Assembly (NCBI GenBank): GCA_002364485.1
Contig: DEYK01000054.1
Location: 20,218-84,217, forward strand
Length of the DNA stretch: 64,000 nucleotides
Direction of reading: 5' to 3'
DNA from: Phycisphaerales bacterium UBA3160
GTDB lineage: Bacteria; Planctomycetota; Phycisphaerae; Phycisphaerales; SM1A02
Below the pieces are notes generated by a model. It was not told the DNA's origin and did no database searches. It worked only from the letters and a program-made list of their open reading frames with translations. The position numbers and the translations under genes are program-made. Below are positions 19,029 through 28,919 of the stretch, piece after piece; within the stretch, counting starts at the first letter, position 1, and the number at the start of each line of letters is the position of its first letter.

Positions 19029-19760
19029 TCAAGGCGCGACTGGCGATGCGGATGACGCGGGACGGAGCTTCGCCGCCTGAACCGGATCGAGTCGACCGGT
19101 GAGACGAGCCAGTTCCTGCTGCACGACCAGATCGAAGTTCTCGCGCTGCGATTCGACCTTGGCCTTGATGTCCTTGAGCTGCTGCTCCATGCGTTCGATG
19201 TAGAGCATCTGGTTGCCCAGTTCGAGCCCGAGTCGGATCTGGAGCTGGCCCTGGAGCTGCTTCGTCAGCGACTCGACGCGCTTCGTGTCCTGAGGCGTCT
19301 TGCGTTCGGCCTCCCGGAGTTCGACCGCCAACCGCTGCACGGAGGCGTCGACCCGCAGTTCGACCAGTTTCAACTGGTACAGCTTGGGATCGGAAGCCTT
19401 CATCTCGGCGAGTCCGGTCAGACGCGGGCCCTGACGCCGAATGATTCGTTCGAACTCGGCGGGATCCTCCTCGCAGAGCAGACGCAGCTGCTGGGCGAAG
19501 GCGGGATCGAGTTCATCCGCCACTTCGAGGCACCGATCGACGAAGGCGGGCGACAGATCGGTCTTGTCCTGCACCGGTGCGGCCGAATCGACCGCGGGGT
19601 CGGCGTTCATGGCCTCGATCACGGCAGGTGTGGAATCGACGGGATTCGGAGCGGCGGCCCCGTCCACCGGATCGACCGGCTGTGCGAGAGCGGAGCCCGC
19701 CAGAAGCGAGACGCAGATGCAGGCGGATGAAATCGGAAGCGTTCGGCGAATCATGTTCAT
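19029..19760 (-). CDS. secreted coiled-coil protein (possibly Spy/CpxP-like periplasmic protein)
   Basis: Signal peptide MNMIRRTLPISSACICVSLLAGSALAQ followed by a helical Q/E/L/R-rich body. Its start overlaps the stop of the putative anti-sigma gene. Confidence 0.55.
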   Translation of the reverse strand: MNMIRRTLPISSACICVSLLAGSALAQPVDPVDGAAAPNPVDSTPAVIEAMNADPAVDSAAPVQDKTDLSPAFVDRCLEVADELDPAFAQQLRLLCEEDPAEFERIIRRQGPRLTGLAEMKASDPKLYQLKLVELRVDASVQRLAVELREAERKTPQDTKRVESLTKQLQGQLQIRLGLELGNQMLYIERMEQQLKDIKAKVESQRENFDLVVQQELARLTGRLDPVQAAKLRPASSASPVAP

Positions 19761-20341
19761 TGCCTCCACTCGAGGTCGTAGGTCTGCATCGCGGGATTCT
19801 GCATCGCATCGAGCACGGCGACCAGGTCGCCGGAGAAGTCGTCGTAGCGGATACTGCGGGTGGTGATGTACGGAGACAGCGTTCCGAAGGTGTCACGCTC
19901 GTCGGACATCGCCATCAACATCATTTCCGCCTCGGAGGAGAGCAACTGGGCCGAAGCACGTTCGGTCTCCATCCGTGGTGCCGGGTCCGATGCCACCTGA
20001 ACCAGATCACTCATGCGATCCTGTCGCTGGACGCCGTCGACCGAAAGCATCCAGAAGCCGGCGACCATCAGGAAGCCGACACAGGCCGCCAGACCGATCC
20101 ACTGCATCGGGAAGGAACGGCGAGGGGTCTGGAAGGGCAACGGCCGGGGCCCCGCCTGGAGACCCTCCAGGGAAGCGGAGAAGATGCGGTCGCAGAGGCC
20201 GACCGGGACCTGGATGTCGTCTCCCAACGAACTGCTCAGCAGCTCGTCGAAATGACGGTCCTGAGCGTCAAAACCATCATCCAGTGCCTCTGGATGAGGT
20301 TCTGAACCATTCATGAAGTGTTCTCTCGGGAAGTGGTTCAT
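19757..20341 (-). CDS. putative membrane anti-sigma factor
   Basis: Sits immediately downstream of an ECF sigma gene. Has a single TM helix (WIGLAACVGFLMVAGFWMLSV). AAGGAAG lies 8 nt upstream of the ATG at 20341. No conserved zinc motif was seen. Confidence 0.45.
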   Translation of the reverse strand: MNHFPREHFMNGSEPHPEALDDGFDAQDRHFDELLSSSLGDDIQVPVGLCDRIFSASLEGLQAGPRPLPFQTPRRSFPMQWIGLAACVGFLMVAGFWMLSVDGVQRQDRMSDLVQVASDPAPRMETERASAQLLSSEAEMMLMAMSDERDTFGTLSPYITTRSIRYDDFSGDLVAVLDAMQNPAMQTYDLEWRQ

Positions 20342-20413
20342 GGGTGTTGCTTCCTTTGAACGACGAAATCGTGGTTTGAATTGCACATTTTTGGGTCTCT
20401 ATTGCGATTGATT

Positions 20414-20998
20414 TCAGTCTTCATGCTCGACTCCCAGCATCTCCCTGAGCCGCTTGAAGGCCCTGAAGTGCCTTGCCAGCACGGTTCCAAGGGGCTGCTG
20501 GAGGACCTCGGCGATCTGCTTGAAGCTCAATCCCGAAATATGGCGTAGATGCATGATCTCCTGATCGGCCTCGGCCAGATTCTCCATGGCCTCCCGAAGA
20601 GCGGCCGACTCCTCCTGCTGCTGCGATTCCCCTTCCAATCCGGGCTGATCACCACCCTCACGGGGGGTGATTTCCATGCTGGAAAGCGTGTCGTTGGCCA
20701 CGCTCAAGGCATGACGACCTCGGCGTCGCATCTCGTCCCGCAGCCGATTCATGGCGATTCGGAACAGCCAGGGCTCGAACTTGCCCAGTTCGACGTATCC
20801 GGCAAGCTTGGTGACGACCGTGCAGAAGGTCGATTGGGTCAGTTCCTCGGCCAGCTCGGCATCGCGACATCGTGAAAAGAGCAGCGCATAGACCCTCGAG
20901 CCGTAGGCATCGACGACCTGACGCCATGCGTCCTGATCGCCGGTGCTGGCCCGGCGGAGGATCTCCTTGAAACTCGAACTGTCTGCCTCGGTGCTCAT
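20414..20998 (-). CDS. ECF (group IV) sigma-70 factor
   Basis: Region 2 (FEPWLFRIAMNRLRDEMRRR) and region 4 HTH (LSFKQIAEVLQQPLGTVLARHFRAFKRL). Start at MSTEADSS. The upstream 300 codons of the track ORF are antisense to the CaCA gene. Confidence 0.88.
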   Translation of the reverse strand: MSTEADSSSFKEILRRASTGDQDAWRQVVDAYGSRVYALLFSRCRDAELAEELTQSTFCTVVTKLAGYVELGKFEPWLFRIAMNRLRDEMRRRGRHALSVANDTLSSMEITPREGGDQPGLEGESQQQEESAALREAMENLAEADQEIMHLRHISGLSFKQIAEVLQQPLGTVLARHFRAFKRLREMLGVEHED

Positions 20999-21119
20999 TC
21001 GGTTGTTTCGCACGGATCGGTGCGAGATGGGATCTCCGGAATCGAACCTGGAAGATGACTCGAATGGAACTACACCATGATCGTCGATACAAGGGTCTGA
21101 CGTACAATCGGCGCTACTG

Positions 21120-22286
21120 ATGCTTGCCTTCCTGAAAACAATCCCGAATGAATCCCCAGACGCCATCAGTGCCGTCATTGTGATCATTCTGTACCTGCTG
21201 GTGGGATTCTTTCTGCTCCTGACCGGAGGCAAATGGCTGGTCGACGGCGCCGTCTCCATCGCGAAACGCCTGGGAATATCGACGCTGGTGATCGGGCTCA
21301 CGATCGTCGCGTTCGGCACCAGCGCCCCCGAACTCGCCCTCAACATCGTGGCCGCCGTGGACGGACAGACCGGACTCGCCTTCGGCAACGTCGTCGGATC
21401 GAACATCGCCAACGTGGGACTGGTCATCGGAATCAGTGCGCTGGTGGCTCCCCTGCTCGTCTCCAGCCGGATCATCAAACTGGAACTGCCCTGGTTGATG
21501 GTGATCACCGGCCTCTTCGTGCTGCTCACGTGGCTTCCTCCCGGAGTCGCCGATGCGCCCGGATACGGCCTGCTGGACGGAATCCTGCTCGTCCTCGGTG
21601 CCGTGGCCATCGCCATCCACTGGTATTGGATCGGTCGACGCGAATCCAACGACACGCTCTCGAGCGAGGCCGTGAAGTCGGAGGTCGACGACCGAAGCGG
21701 ACTCATCGAACGTTCCGTGCCGCTGAGCTGCCTCCTGCTGATCCTCGGCCTCTGCCTCCTGGTCGGTGGCGGGAAGCTCGTGGAGATCGGTGCAATCGAC
21801 GCCGCCCGCGCCATGGGAATCGGCGAGGTCCTCATCGGTCTGACGATCGTCGCGATTGCGACGACGCTGCCCGAGATCGCGACCTGCGTCATCGCGGCGC
21901 GCAACGGTCAATCCGACCTCGCGATCGGAACCGTCGTGGGATCGAATCTGTTCAACCTGGTCCTGGTGATGGGATTCACGAGCATCGTGCATCCGGTCGC
22001 CGTTCCCGAAATCGGCGGCTGGTGGTCGCTCGGTGCGATGCTCGTCTTCACGCTGCTGCTGTGGCCGCTGGCCCTGACCAAACGGAGCGTGGGACGATTC
22101 GAGGGCCTGCTTCTGCTCGCGCTCTACATCGCGTTCATCGTCGGATCGATCTGGATCGAGACCGATCGACCCGCGGGCGATGCGGTCGAAACGACCACGC
22201 ACGGCATCCGATCAGATCGGCAGGTCGTCGTCGATCATGCCGGAGGCGGGTGGCACGACCGGAGCCTGCATGTCGGGCGGCGGTGA
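21120..22286 (+). CDS. Ca2+/Na+ antiporter (CaCA family, YrbG-like)
   Basis: Two alpha-repeats, GTSAPELALNIVAA and ATTLPEIATCVIAA. About 10 TM helices. The 3' end overlaps the convergent dnaB by 75 nt. Confidence 0.85.
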   Translation: MLAFLKTIPNESPDAISAVIVIILYLLVGFFLLLTGGKWLVDGAVSIAKRLGISTLVIGLTIVAFGTSAPELALNIVAAVDGQTGLAFGNVVGSNIANVGLVIGISALVAPLLVSSRIIKLELPWLMVITGLFVLLTWLPPGVADAPGYGLLDGILLVLGAVAIAIHWYWIGRRESNDTLSSEAVKSEVDDRSGLIERSVPLSCLLLILGLCLLVGGGKLVEIGAIDAARAMGIGEVLIGLTIVAIATTLPEIATCVIAARNGQSDLAIGTVVGSNLFNLVLVMGFTSIVHPVAVPEIGGWWSLGAMLVFTLLLWPLALTKRSVGRFEGLLLLALYIAFIVGSIWIETDRPAGDAVETTTHGIRSDRQVVVDHAGGGWHDRSLHVGRR

Positions 22287-23702
22287 GCTGAACGAGTAGG
22301 TCTGGAACCTGGTCGTGGTCGCGTCCCAATTGAGGTTGAAGATGCCGGTCGGACCGTTTCGCTGCTTGGAGATGATCACTTCGGCCTGACCGATCTTGTC
22401 GGGGTTGGCGTTCTTCCACTCGTCGTCGGGATGGTAGTACTCCTCCCGATGCAGCATGAGGATGACGTCGGCATCCTGCTCGATCGAGCCCGACTCGCGA
22501 AGATCGCTCATGCGGGGACGGTGTCCCTCGCGATGCTCGGCCGCACGGTTCAGCTGGCTCAGGCAGACGACGGGCACGTTCAATTCGCGGGCCATCGCCT
22601 TGACGCCTCGACTGATCTCACTGACTTCCTGCTGACGATTCTCCACCCGATGGCCCGAGGACATCAGCTGCAGATAATCGATGATGACCATCTGGATGTC
22701 GTGACGCTGCTTCAGACGCCTCGCCTTGGCCCTGAGCTGCACGAGATTCAGGCCCGGCGTGTCGTCGATGTGGATGGGTGCGTCGTGCATCTCGTCGCAG
22801 GCCGCCATGAGCGCGGTGAAGTCCGACGGCTCGAGCATGTTCCTGCGGAGACGGTCGCTGTTGATTCTCGATCTGGACGCGAGCATCCGCTGCACGAGCT
22901 GGGTTCCACCCATCTCCAGGCTGAATACGGCGACGCCGTTCTTGTTGACCGCCACGTTCTCGGCGATGTTCAGCGCGAACGCCGTCTTTCCCATGGATGG
23001 ACGGGCGGCCAGGATGATCATCTCGCCGCGCTGCATGCCGCCGGTCATCCGATCGAGATCGGAGAAGCCGGTGCCGATGCCGGTGATCGTCTTGCCTTCG
23101 CGGGCCTCGATCTGCTCCATCGTCAGGGTGATCAGATCGCGCAGGCTCGAGGCCTGGTGTGTCTCGTACTGTTCGGCGATCCTGAAGATGCGGCGTTCCG
23201 CGTTCTCAAGGATGTCGCGCGACTCGTCCGGACTTCCGTACGCATCGCAGAGGATCTCGCCCGCCGCCTCGATGAGCTGCCGGACGACCGCCTTCTCCTT
23301 CACCATTCTCGCGTAGTGGGACGCGTTGGCCGCGGAGGGAACCGACTGGGCGAGCTGGACGAGGTATTCCGAACCGCCGACCGCGTTGAGCGTCTCCCGA
23401 TCCTTCAACGACTGGTGCAGCTGCACGATGTCGATCGTCGAATGCTCCTCGTAGAGCCGGCACATCGCGCCGTAGACCTCGGCGTTGGTCGGCTTGAAGA
23501 AGTCGTCCACGGTCGTGACGATCTGGATGACGTCGGCGATGACGTTCGGATCGATCAGGATCGAGCCGAGCAGGCTCATCTCGGCTTCGATCGCATGCGG
23601 AGGCAGCGTCTCGAGAAGCGTCGACAACTGCCGCATGTCGGTCGAACGACGGGCGCGGCCGGAATCGTTCTTCGTATTCGATTGTGTCGGGGCCTGGCTC
23701 AT
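22212..23702 (-). CDS. dnaB: replicative DNA helicase DnaB
   Basis: PPHAIEAEMSLLGSILIDPN N-terminus, Walker A ARPSMGKTAFALN, Walker B IIDYLQLM and the SQLNR motif. Confidence 0.95.
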   Translation of the reverse strand: MSQAPTQSNTKNDSGRARRSTDMRQLSTLLETLPPHAIEAEMSLLGSILIDPNVIADVIQIVTTVDDFFKPTNAEVYGAMCRLYEEHSTIDIVQLHQSLKDRETLNAVGGSEYLVQLAQSVPSAANASHYARMVKEKAVVRQLIEAAGEILCDAYGSPDESRDILENAERRIFRIAEQYETHQASSLRDLITLTMEQIEAREGKTITGIGTGFSDLDRMTGGMQRGEMIILAARPSMGKTAFALNIAENVAVNKNGVAVFSLEMGGTQLVQRMLASRSRINSDRLRRNMLEPSDFTALMAACDEMHDAPIHIDDTPGLNLVQLRAKARRLKQRHDIQMVIIDYLQLMSSGHRVENRQQEVSEISRGVKAMARELNVPVVCLSQLNRAAEHREGHRPRMSDLRESGSIEQDADVILMLHREEYYHPDDEWKNANPDKIGQAEVIISKQRNGPTGIFNLNWDATTTRFQTYSFSSPPPDMQAPVVPPASGMIDDDLPI

Positions 23703-23844
23703 CGGGTTGCGACTTCTCCTCCTGAAACGCCAATCCTACCCGAGGAAAGGGTTCATGGATCACATCATCCGCTGGATTCGCGCAGCACCACGATCAACGG
23801 GAATTTTCCGCCGATCAGCCCCCACACTGGGGCAACTGACTGGT

Positions 23845-24201
23845 TCAGACCGACTTGACGGAAGTCATCGGAGTGACTTCGAGCGTGGTGTCGACCTTGA
23901 CCGATTCGTCCGAGGACGGATCTTCCAGGGCATCCCGCATGAGACGGCCGACCTTGAACTTGACGGTCTTCTTCGCCGGCACGGGTACACGCTCGAGCGT
24001 GCGGGGATTCTGTGCCATGCGTGGGGCACGATCCCGAATCTCGAAGACGCCGAAATCACGGAACTCGAGCCGGTTGCCCTTGCTCAGTTCGGCGATGACG
24101 TTGTCAAGAAAGCTCTGGACGGTTGCCTTCACGACGGTTCGCTTCTGATTGGTCTCTTCGGCGATCCTGTCAATCAGGTCTTTTTTTGTTGTAGTGGCCA
24201 T
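23845..24201 (-). CDS. HU/IHF-family DNA-binding protein with C-terminal extension
   Basis: KKDLIDRIAEETN...FRDFGVFEIRDRAPRMAQNPRT...VPAKKTVKFKVG matches the HU/IHF fold signature. Start at MATTTKK; an alternative ATG lies 15 nt upstream. Confidence 0.85.
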   Translation of the reverse strand: MATTTKKDLIDRIAEETNQKRTVVKATVQSFLDNVIAELSKGNRLEFRDFGVFEIRDRAPRMAQNPRTLERVPVPAKKTVKFKVGRLMRDALEDPSSDESVKVDTTLEVTPMTSVKSV

Positions 24202-24489
24202 CAAGTTGCGCCTCATCCATGGTCGAACGTCCCCAACGCCCGACTGCCAACTGTCCTGTCCAATCGACCCCTCGTATGCAATCGAATCCGCCTCTGACAG
24301 ATCACTGTTCAGAAGTAGATTTGGAGTCGATTCCTCCCATGATCAAGACCCGATCCAGCTCGCCGATTCCACGGACGTGAAATGGGGTGAAATCCGGGTC
24401 AGATCCAGTATGGCGGGGCGGCATCAGACCGTCAAGACAGACGAGGTCGAATCAGAACTCTTCCAGAAAATGGGGGCATTTAACCCTGT

Positions 24490-24870
24490 TCAGGGCAAAT
24501 CATTGCTCTGGAGCGACCTCGTACTCCTGAGGTAGGTCTCCCTGGAGCGTCCATTGATGATCCACTGCTGATCCCAGACCCGGACTTCGGCCTGGTTGAC
24601 CGAGGCCATGATCGGCATCCGATCCGCTCCAAGTGATTCGTTCCTGCGATGGTTCAGCAGGTCCAGTTCTCCCGCGGGCCATGCCCGGGGACCGGCCAGT
24701 GCGAGCAGAGCGTTTCCGGGCATGACGAGCTGCGCGTTCAGCTCCGTACGAACCGTCGGCGTCGTCCTCGCCTCCCGGGACTCGATCGACTGCCCCGACT
24801 GGCACCCCGCCCCCGCAAGGAACCCGCAAAGGATCGCACACGCCATCGTTGTATTCATCAATCTCGCCAT
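24490..24870 (-). CDS. hypothetical lipoprotein
   Basis: Lipobox MARLMNTTMACAILCGFLAGAGC. GGAGGGAG lies upstream. Confidence 0.5.
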   Translation of the reverse strand: MARLMNTTMACAILCGFLAGAGCQSGQSIESREARTTPTVRTELNAQLVMPGNALLALAGPRAWPAGELDLLNHRRNESLGADRMPIMASVNQAEVRVWDQQWIINGRSRETYLRSTRSLQSNDLP

Positions 24871-24984
24871 GGAACAGGTCACTCCCTCCACCCCGAATTA
24901 TGCGCAGATCGAGGGCCGAGGCGAGCAAAAGTGATGTGGTATTTCTGCAACACGACGTGGTGCAAACCCCACGTACAAAGCACA

Positions 24985-25542
24985 TTACATGGGCTTTTCG
25001 TCGATCGTCTGATCGTGGATCTGCAGGAGTTTGGCCTTGTCGAAGACCATTTCGTTTCTGGTGAGCCCGACCACCTCGTAGCGGGGAGTCAGCTCGATGG
25101 CATCGACCGGACAGGCTTCCTCGCACATGCCGCAGAAGATGCACCGCAGTTCGTCGATGTCGAACTGCTTGGGGTACTTCTCACGATCCTCCCAGGGCGA
25201 CTCATCGGCGACGATGTGGATGCAGTTTGCCGGACAGGCCGTGGCGCACATGAAACAGGCGACGCACCGCACCCGACCGTCCTCGTCGCGATTCAGGCGA
25301 TGCACTCCTCGGAAGGTCTCGCGGCACTGGCCGCCCTCCTCGACCGGTCGATGGTCCCGCTTCTCCTCGGGATACTGCACCACCCAGAGATTCTTCTTGT
25401 TCTTGCCGTCGCGGCCCGCATTTCCGAGGCAGTGACGAAGGGTCGTTCCGAGGCCCTTGAAGACTGCAGGCAGGAAAAGCCTTTCCCCACGGGTCATTGG
25501 AGGAGGGGAAACGTCGATGATGTCCCGGTCGTCGATAGCCAC
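24985..25542 (-). CDS. nuoI: NADH-quinone oxidoreductase subunit I-like 2x[4Fe-4S] ferredoxin
   Basis: The GTG start has AGGAG 6 nt upstream. Motifs are FKGLGTTLRHCL, QYPEEK, CVACFMCATACP and CIFCGMCEEACP. Confidence 0.8.
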   Translation of the reverse strand: MAIDDRDIIDVSPPPMTRGERLFLPAVFKGLGTTLRHCLGNAGRDGKNKKNLWVVQYPEEKRDHRPVEEGGQCRETFRGVHRLNRDEDGRVRCVACFMCATACPANCIHIVADESPWEDREKYPKQFDIDELRCIFCGMCEEACPVDAIELTPRYEVVGLTRNEMVFDKAKLLQIHDQTIDEKPM

Positions 25543-25632
25543 TTGGAACTCCTGATCGCTCTCGCTGTGTCCGCGAGGTCTCCTGATGATAGCCGGGAAC
25601 TCGGCAAGATCCCTGTTGGTACCATCCAAACA

Positions 25633-25914
25633 ATGGACTCGAATCACCCATCTTCGCCGGAAATCCAGTCCGCCGCCAGTCTTTGGCGACTTTCGGCCAT
25701 GGGATTCACCATGGCCTGCGAGATCATCGCCGGCCTCGGCCTGGGCTGGCTGCTGGATCTGGCGACCGGCACGGACAAGGTCTTTCTGGTCATCGGCACG
25801 ATCATGGGAGTTCTCGTGGGCTTGACCGGCTTTCTGAAGACAGCCATCAAGGCCAACAGGAACGCCAGTCGGCAAATAGCCCAGAAACACCGCCCGAAAG
25901 ACCCTTCTTCATGA
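25633..25914 (+). CDS. atpZ: AtpZ/ATPase_gene1-type small membrane protein (F0F1-associated)
   Basis: Two-TM protein with GFTMACEIIAGLGLGWLLD...VFLVIGTIMGVLVGLTGF, which is typical of AtpZ. First gene of the atp cluster. Confidence 0.7.
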   Translation: MDSNHPSSPEIQSAASLWRLSAMGFTMACEIIAGLGLGWLLDLATGTDKVFLVIGTIMGVLVGLTGFLKTAIKANRNASRQIAQKHRPKDPSS

Positions 25915-26357
25915 ATCCATCCCCCGCAAACCAGCCCACCTTCCCTCTGCCGACCCGGTCGCTGCTCACCGCCTCGATTCTCGGGCCGCTGGGCACAGGC
26001 GTCCTCTGGCTGCTGATCGGCGGGGTGGGCTACTCGCTGGAGGCCGGGCTCACCGGGCTGTGGTCCGCTCTGATCGTGACCGCCGTGGGACTGGCCGCTG
26101 ACCTCCTGATCCAGCCCTGGAAACCTCGTGCCGCCGTGGCCTGGATGAACCTCTGGATCCTGCACTCCTTGGTGCGGATCGCAGGCACCATCTGCCTCGT
26201 GATCTTGCTATACTTCGCGACTTCTCCAGACCCCGCGACGCTGCTTTTTTCCTACCTCCTGTGCTTTCTGGTGGGATTGACCTGGGAAACGGTGGTCTGG
26301 ACTGGTCCTCTGAGGAAAGCGGTTCTCCCGGCAGTACGGGAACAAGAAGCGGAGTAA
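25911..26357 (+). CDS. ATP synthase protein I-like membrane protein
   Basis: Four predicted TM helices. ATGA overlap with atpZ, and the position immediately upstream of atpB. Confidence 0.5.
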   Translation: MNPSPANQPTFPLPTRSLLTASILGPLGTGVLWLLIGGVGYSLEAGLTGLWSALIVTAVGLAADLLIQPWKPRAAVAWMNLWILHSLVRIAGTICLVILLYFATSPDPATLLFSYLLCFLVGLTWETVVWTGPLRKAVLPAVREQEAE

Positions 26358-26360
26358 GCG

Positions 26361-27305
26361 ATGCACCTCATCGCATTCAGCGACAACCCACTCGGCCACG
26401 TCGTCGACAAGGCAATCATCGGCGGGAAGAATCCCGTCTTCGTCGACACCGCCTCTGCAGTGCCGTACCTCACGATGCACATGGCTTCGCTGATCATCGC
26501 GGGACTGGTCTTCATCATCATGATGCTTTCCGTCGCGGGCCGAATCGGCACCGGCGGCGAAGGCGAAGGCAACGAGCGCTACCTGACCAAGGGTCGCTTC
26601 GCCCAGATGATCGAAGTGATCATCCTCTACATGCGGGACAAGGCCATCCACCCCGTGCTCGGTGATCACAACACCAAGCGATACCTGCCGTTCCTGATGG
26701 CACTCTTCTTCTTCATCCTGACCTGCAACATCATCGGACTCATTCCGGTCATGGACGTCCAGTACCTGGGCAGGGGAATCATGGGAAGCGAGATGGAGTG
26801 GGCCTTCTTCGGCGGCACCGCCACCAGCAATCTCGCGGTGACCGCCGCTCTGGCGATCATCTGCTTCTTCGTGATCCAGATCCACGCCTTCCGTGAACTC
26901 GGAATCAAGGGCTGGCTCGGCCACTTGACCGGCGGAGCTCCCCTGTATCTGCTGCCCATCATGCTCCCCGTCGAGTTCATGGGCATGCTCATCAAGCCAA
27001 GTGCTCTCGCCGTCAGGCTCTTCGCCAACATGGTGGCGGGACACACGCTCATGGCCATGCTCGCCCTCTTCGGCAAGATGGCCTTCGACGGACTCGGTGT
27101 CGGCGGACTCGTCGGCATCAGCGCGATCTCCATCGTCTCCGCGGTGGCGATCGGCTTCCTGGAACTCTTTGTCGCCTTCTTGCAGGCGTTCATTTTCATG
27201 TTCCTCACCGCGGTGTTCATCAGTCAGATGTCACACCACCACGAGGATCACCACGAGGAATACGAAGAAGGCCTGACCGAATATTCAGAGGTTCCGGCCA
27301 CCTGA
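26361..27305 (+). CDS. atpB: F0 ATP synthase subunit a
   Basis: Essential Arg motif LAVRLFANMVAGH and a C-terminal FVAFLQAFIFMFLT helix. Confidence 0.92.
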   Translation: MHLIAFSDNPLGHVVDKAIIGGKNPVFVDTASAVPYLTMHMASLIIAGLVFIIMMLSVAGRIGTGGEGEGNERYLTKGRFAQMIEVIILYMRDKAIHPVLGDHNTKRYLPFLMALFFFILTCNIIGLIPVMDVQYLGRGIMGSEMEWAFFGGTATSNLAVTAALAIICFFVIQIHAFRELGIKGWLGHLTGGAPLYLLPIMLPVEFMGMLIKPSALAVRLFANMVAGHTLMAMLALFGKMAFDGLGVGGLVGISAISIVSAVAIGFLELFVAFLQAFIFMFLTAVFISQMSHHHEDHHEEYEEGLTEYSEVPAT

Positions 27306-27390
27306 CTGACTTGATTCGATCGAGGCCCGGCGACCGTGAACGCCGTGGATCCGAGATCATTGAACTCCCCCTTCATCTGAGGAAACCTAG

Positions 27391-27720
<330 letters not shown>

Positions 27721-27722
27721 GT

Positions 27723-27750
27723 GGATTCCCGCGACCACGTCGCGGGATCC
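27723..27750 (+). promoter_or_regulatory. intercistronic hairpin between atpE and atpF
   Basis: TCCCGCGAC-CAC-GTCGCGGGA forms a 9-bp perfect stem. It is followed by the AAGGAGG Shine-Dalgarno of atpF. It could act in mRNA stabilisation or partial attenuation after the c subunit. Confidence 0.5.
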
Positions 27751-27765
27751 CTAAGGAGGTAGCGC

Positions 27766-28302
27766 ATGCTCTCCCTGTTGCTTGCCGCTTCGGAAGAATC
27801 ACCGAATCCATTGAATGTGGATCTGGCCCCGGCGATCACCGCGCTGATCGTCTTCGGCCTGGTCTGCCTGGTGTTCTTCACGAAGGTCTGGCCGAAGATC
27901 GGACAGGGCCTCGACGATCGTCAGGCGAAGATTCGCCAGGAGATCGAAGCGGCCGAGCAGGCCCAGGCGGAAGCCCGGGCCTCAATGGAACGGCAACAGG
28001 AAGAACTGGCCAAGGCCCGCGCCGAGGCTCACGAGATGATCTCCAAGGCCAAGGCGGACGCCGAGGCCTCCGCCCGGGACCTTCGGGAACGGGCGCAGCA
28101 CGAGCTCACCGAACTTCGTGAGAACGCCAGTCATGAGATCCGGGCGGCCAAGGAATCCGCCATCACGGAACTGCATGCGGAAAGCGCTGCTCTGGCCACC
28201 GCCATTGCTTCGCGAATCCTCCAGCGTGAGATCAATGCTCAGGACCAGCAGGCACTCATCGACGAGTCCCTGAAGGAACTGGAAACCGCCCGAGGCGGCT
28301 GA
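27766..28302 (+). CDS. atpF: F0 ATP synthase subunit b
   Basis: Single N-terminal TM helix followed by a long Ala/Glu/Arg-rich helix, in the position after atpE. Confidence 0.85.
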   Translation: MLSLLLAASEESPNPLNVDLAPAITALIVFGLVCLVFFTKVWPKIGQGLDDRQAKIRQEIEAAEQAQAEARASMERQQEELAKARAEAHEMISKAKADAEASARDLRERAQHELTELRENASHEIRAAKESAITELHAESAALATAIASRILQREINAQDQQALIDESLKELETARGG

Positions 28303-28313
28303 GGAAGAGGAAC

Positions 28314-28919
28314 ATGGCCACCCAGACCGACACCCTGTCGCAAATCTACGCCACCAGTCTCTACGAGCTGGCGGAAGACGCTGGTGGCCGTGACAAGATC
28401 ATGGAGATCGCCGATGAACTGGAACAGGTGTGCAACCTGCTTCAGGAGGATCGGCAGTTCCGTGAAATGCTCTTCTCCCCTGTCATCGACGCGTCACGGC
28501 GCGCCGGCGCATTGGAACGCATCTTCGGAAACCGTGTGACCGATCTGGTTCTGCGATTCCTGATCATCCTCAACCGAAAGGGTCGGCTCGGCCACCTGGA
28601 ATCGATCCAGGCCGCCTTCGATCAGATGGTCCAGATTGCGTTCGGTCGCATCGAAGTCGATGTGATCACCGCGCTGGAGATCGACGACGAGGCTCGAAAC
28701 CGCATCGGCGAACGCATCAAGCAGGCGCTGGGCAAGGAACCCGTGATGCACTCCTTCACGGACCCGTCGATCATCGGCGGGGTCCGCCTTCGAATCGGCG
28801 ACGAGATGATCGACGGCTCGGTCGCGACCCGGCTGCGTCGCATGGGCGCTGCCCTGCAGAAGCGGGGAAGCCAGGACATCCGATCCGAGATCGGCCGATA
28901 CCTGGAGGACGGAGCATGA
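28314..28919 (+). CDS. atpH: F1 ATP synthase subunit delta (OSCP)
   Basis: OSCP-like pattern (YATSLYELAED..., C-terminal IIGGVRLRIGDEMIDGSV). Confidence 0.85.
   Translation: MATQTDTLSQIYATSLYELAEDAGGRDKIMEIADELEQVCNLLQEDRQFREMLFSPVIDASRRAGALERIFGNRVTDLVLRFLIILNRKGRLGHLESIQAAFDQMVQIAFGRIEVDVITALEIDDEARNRIGERIKQALGKEPVMHSFTDPSIIGGVRLRIGDEMIDGSVATRLRRMGAALQKRGSQDIRSEIGRYLEDGA

Noticed and set aside
20999-21904. Upstream extension of the ECF sigma ORF (the track lists a 496-aa ORF)
   Set aside because: It lies antisense to the CaCA antiporter gene and is Ser/Pro/Arg-rich. The sigma-70 region 2 starts shortly after the MSTEADSS ATG at 20998.
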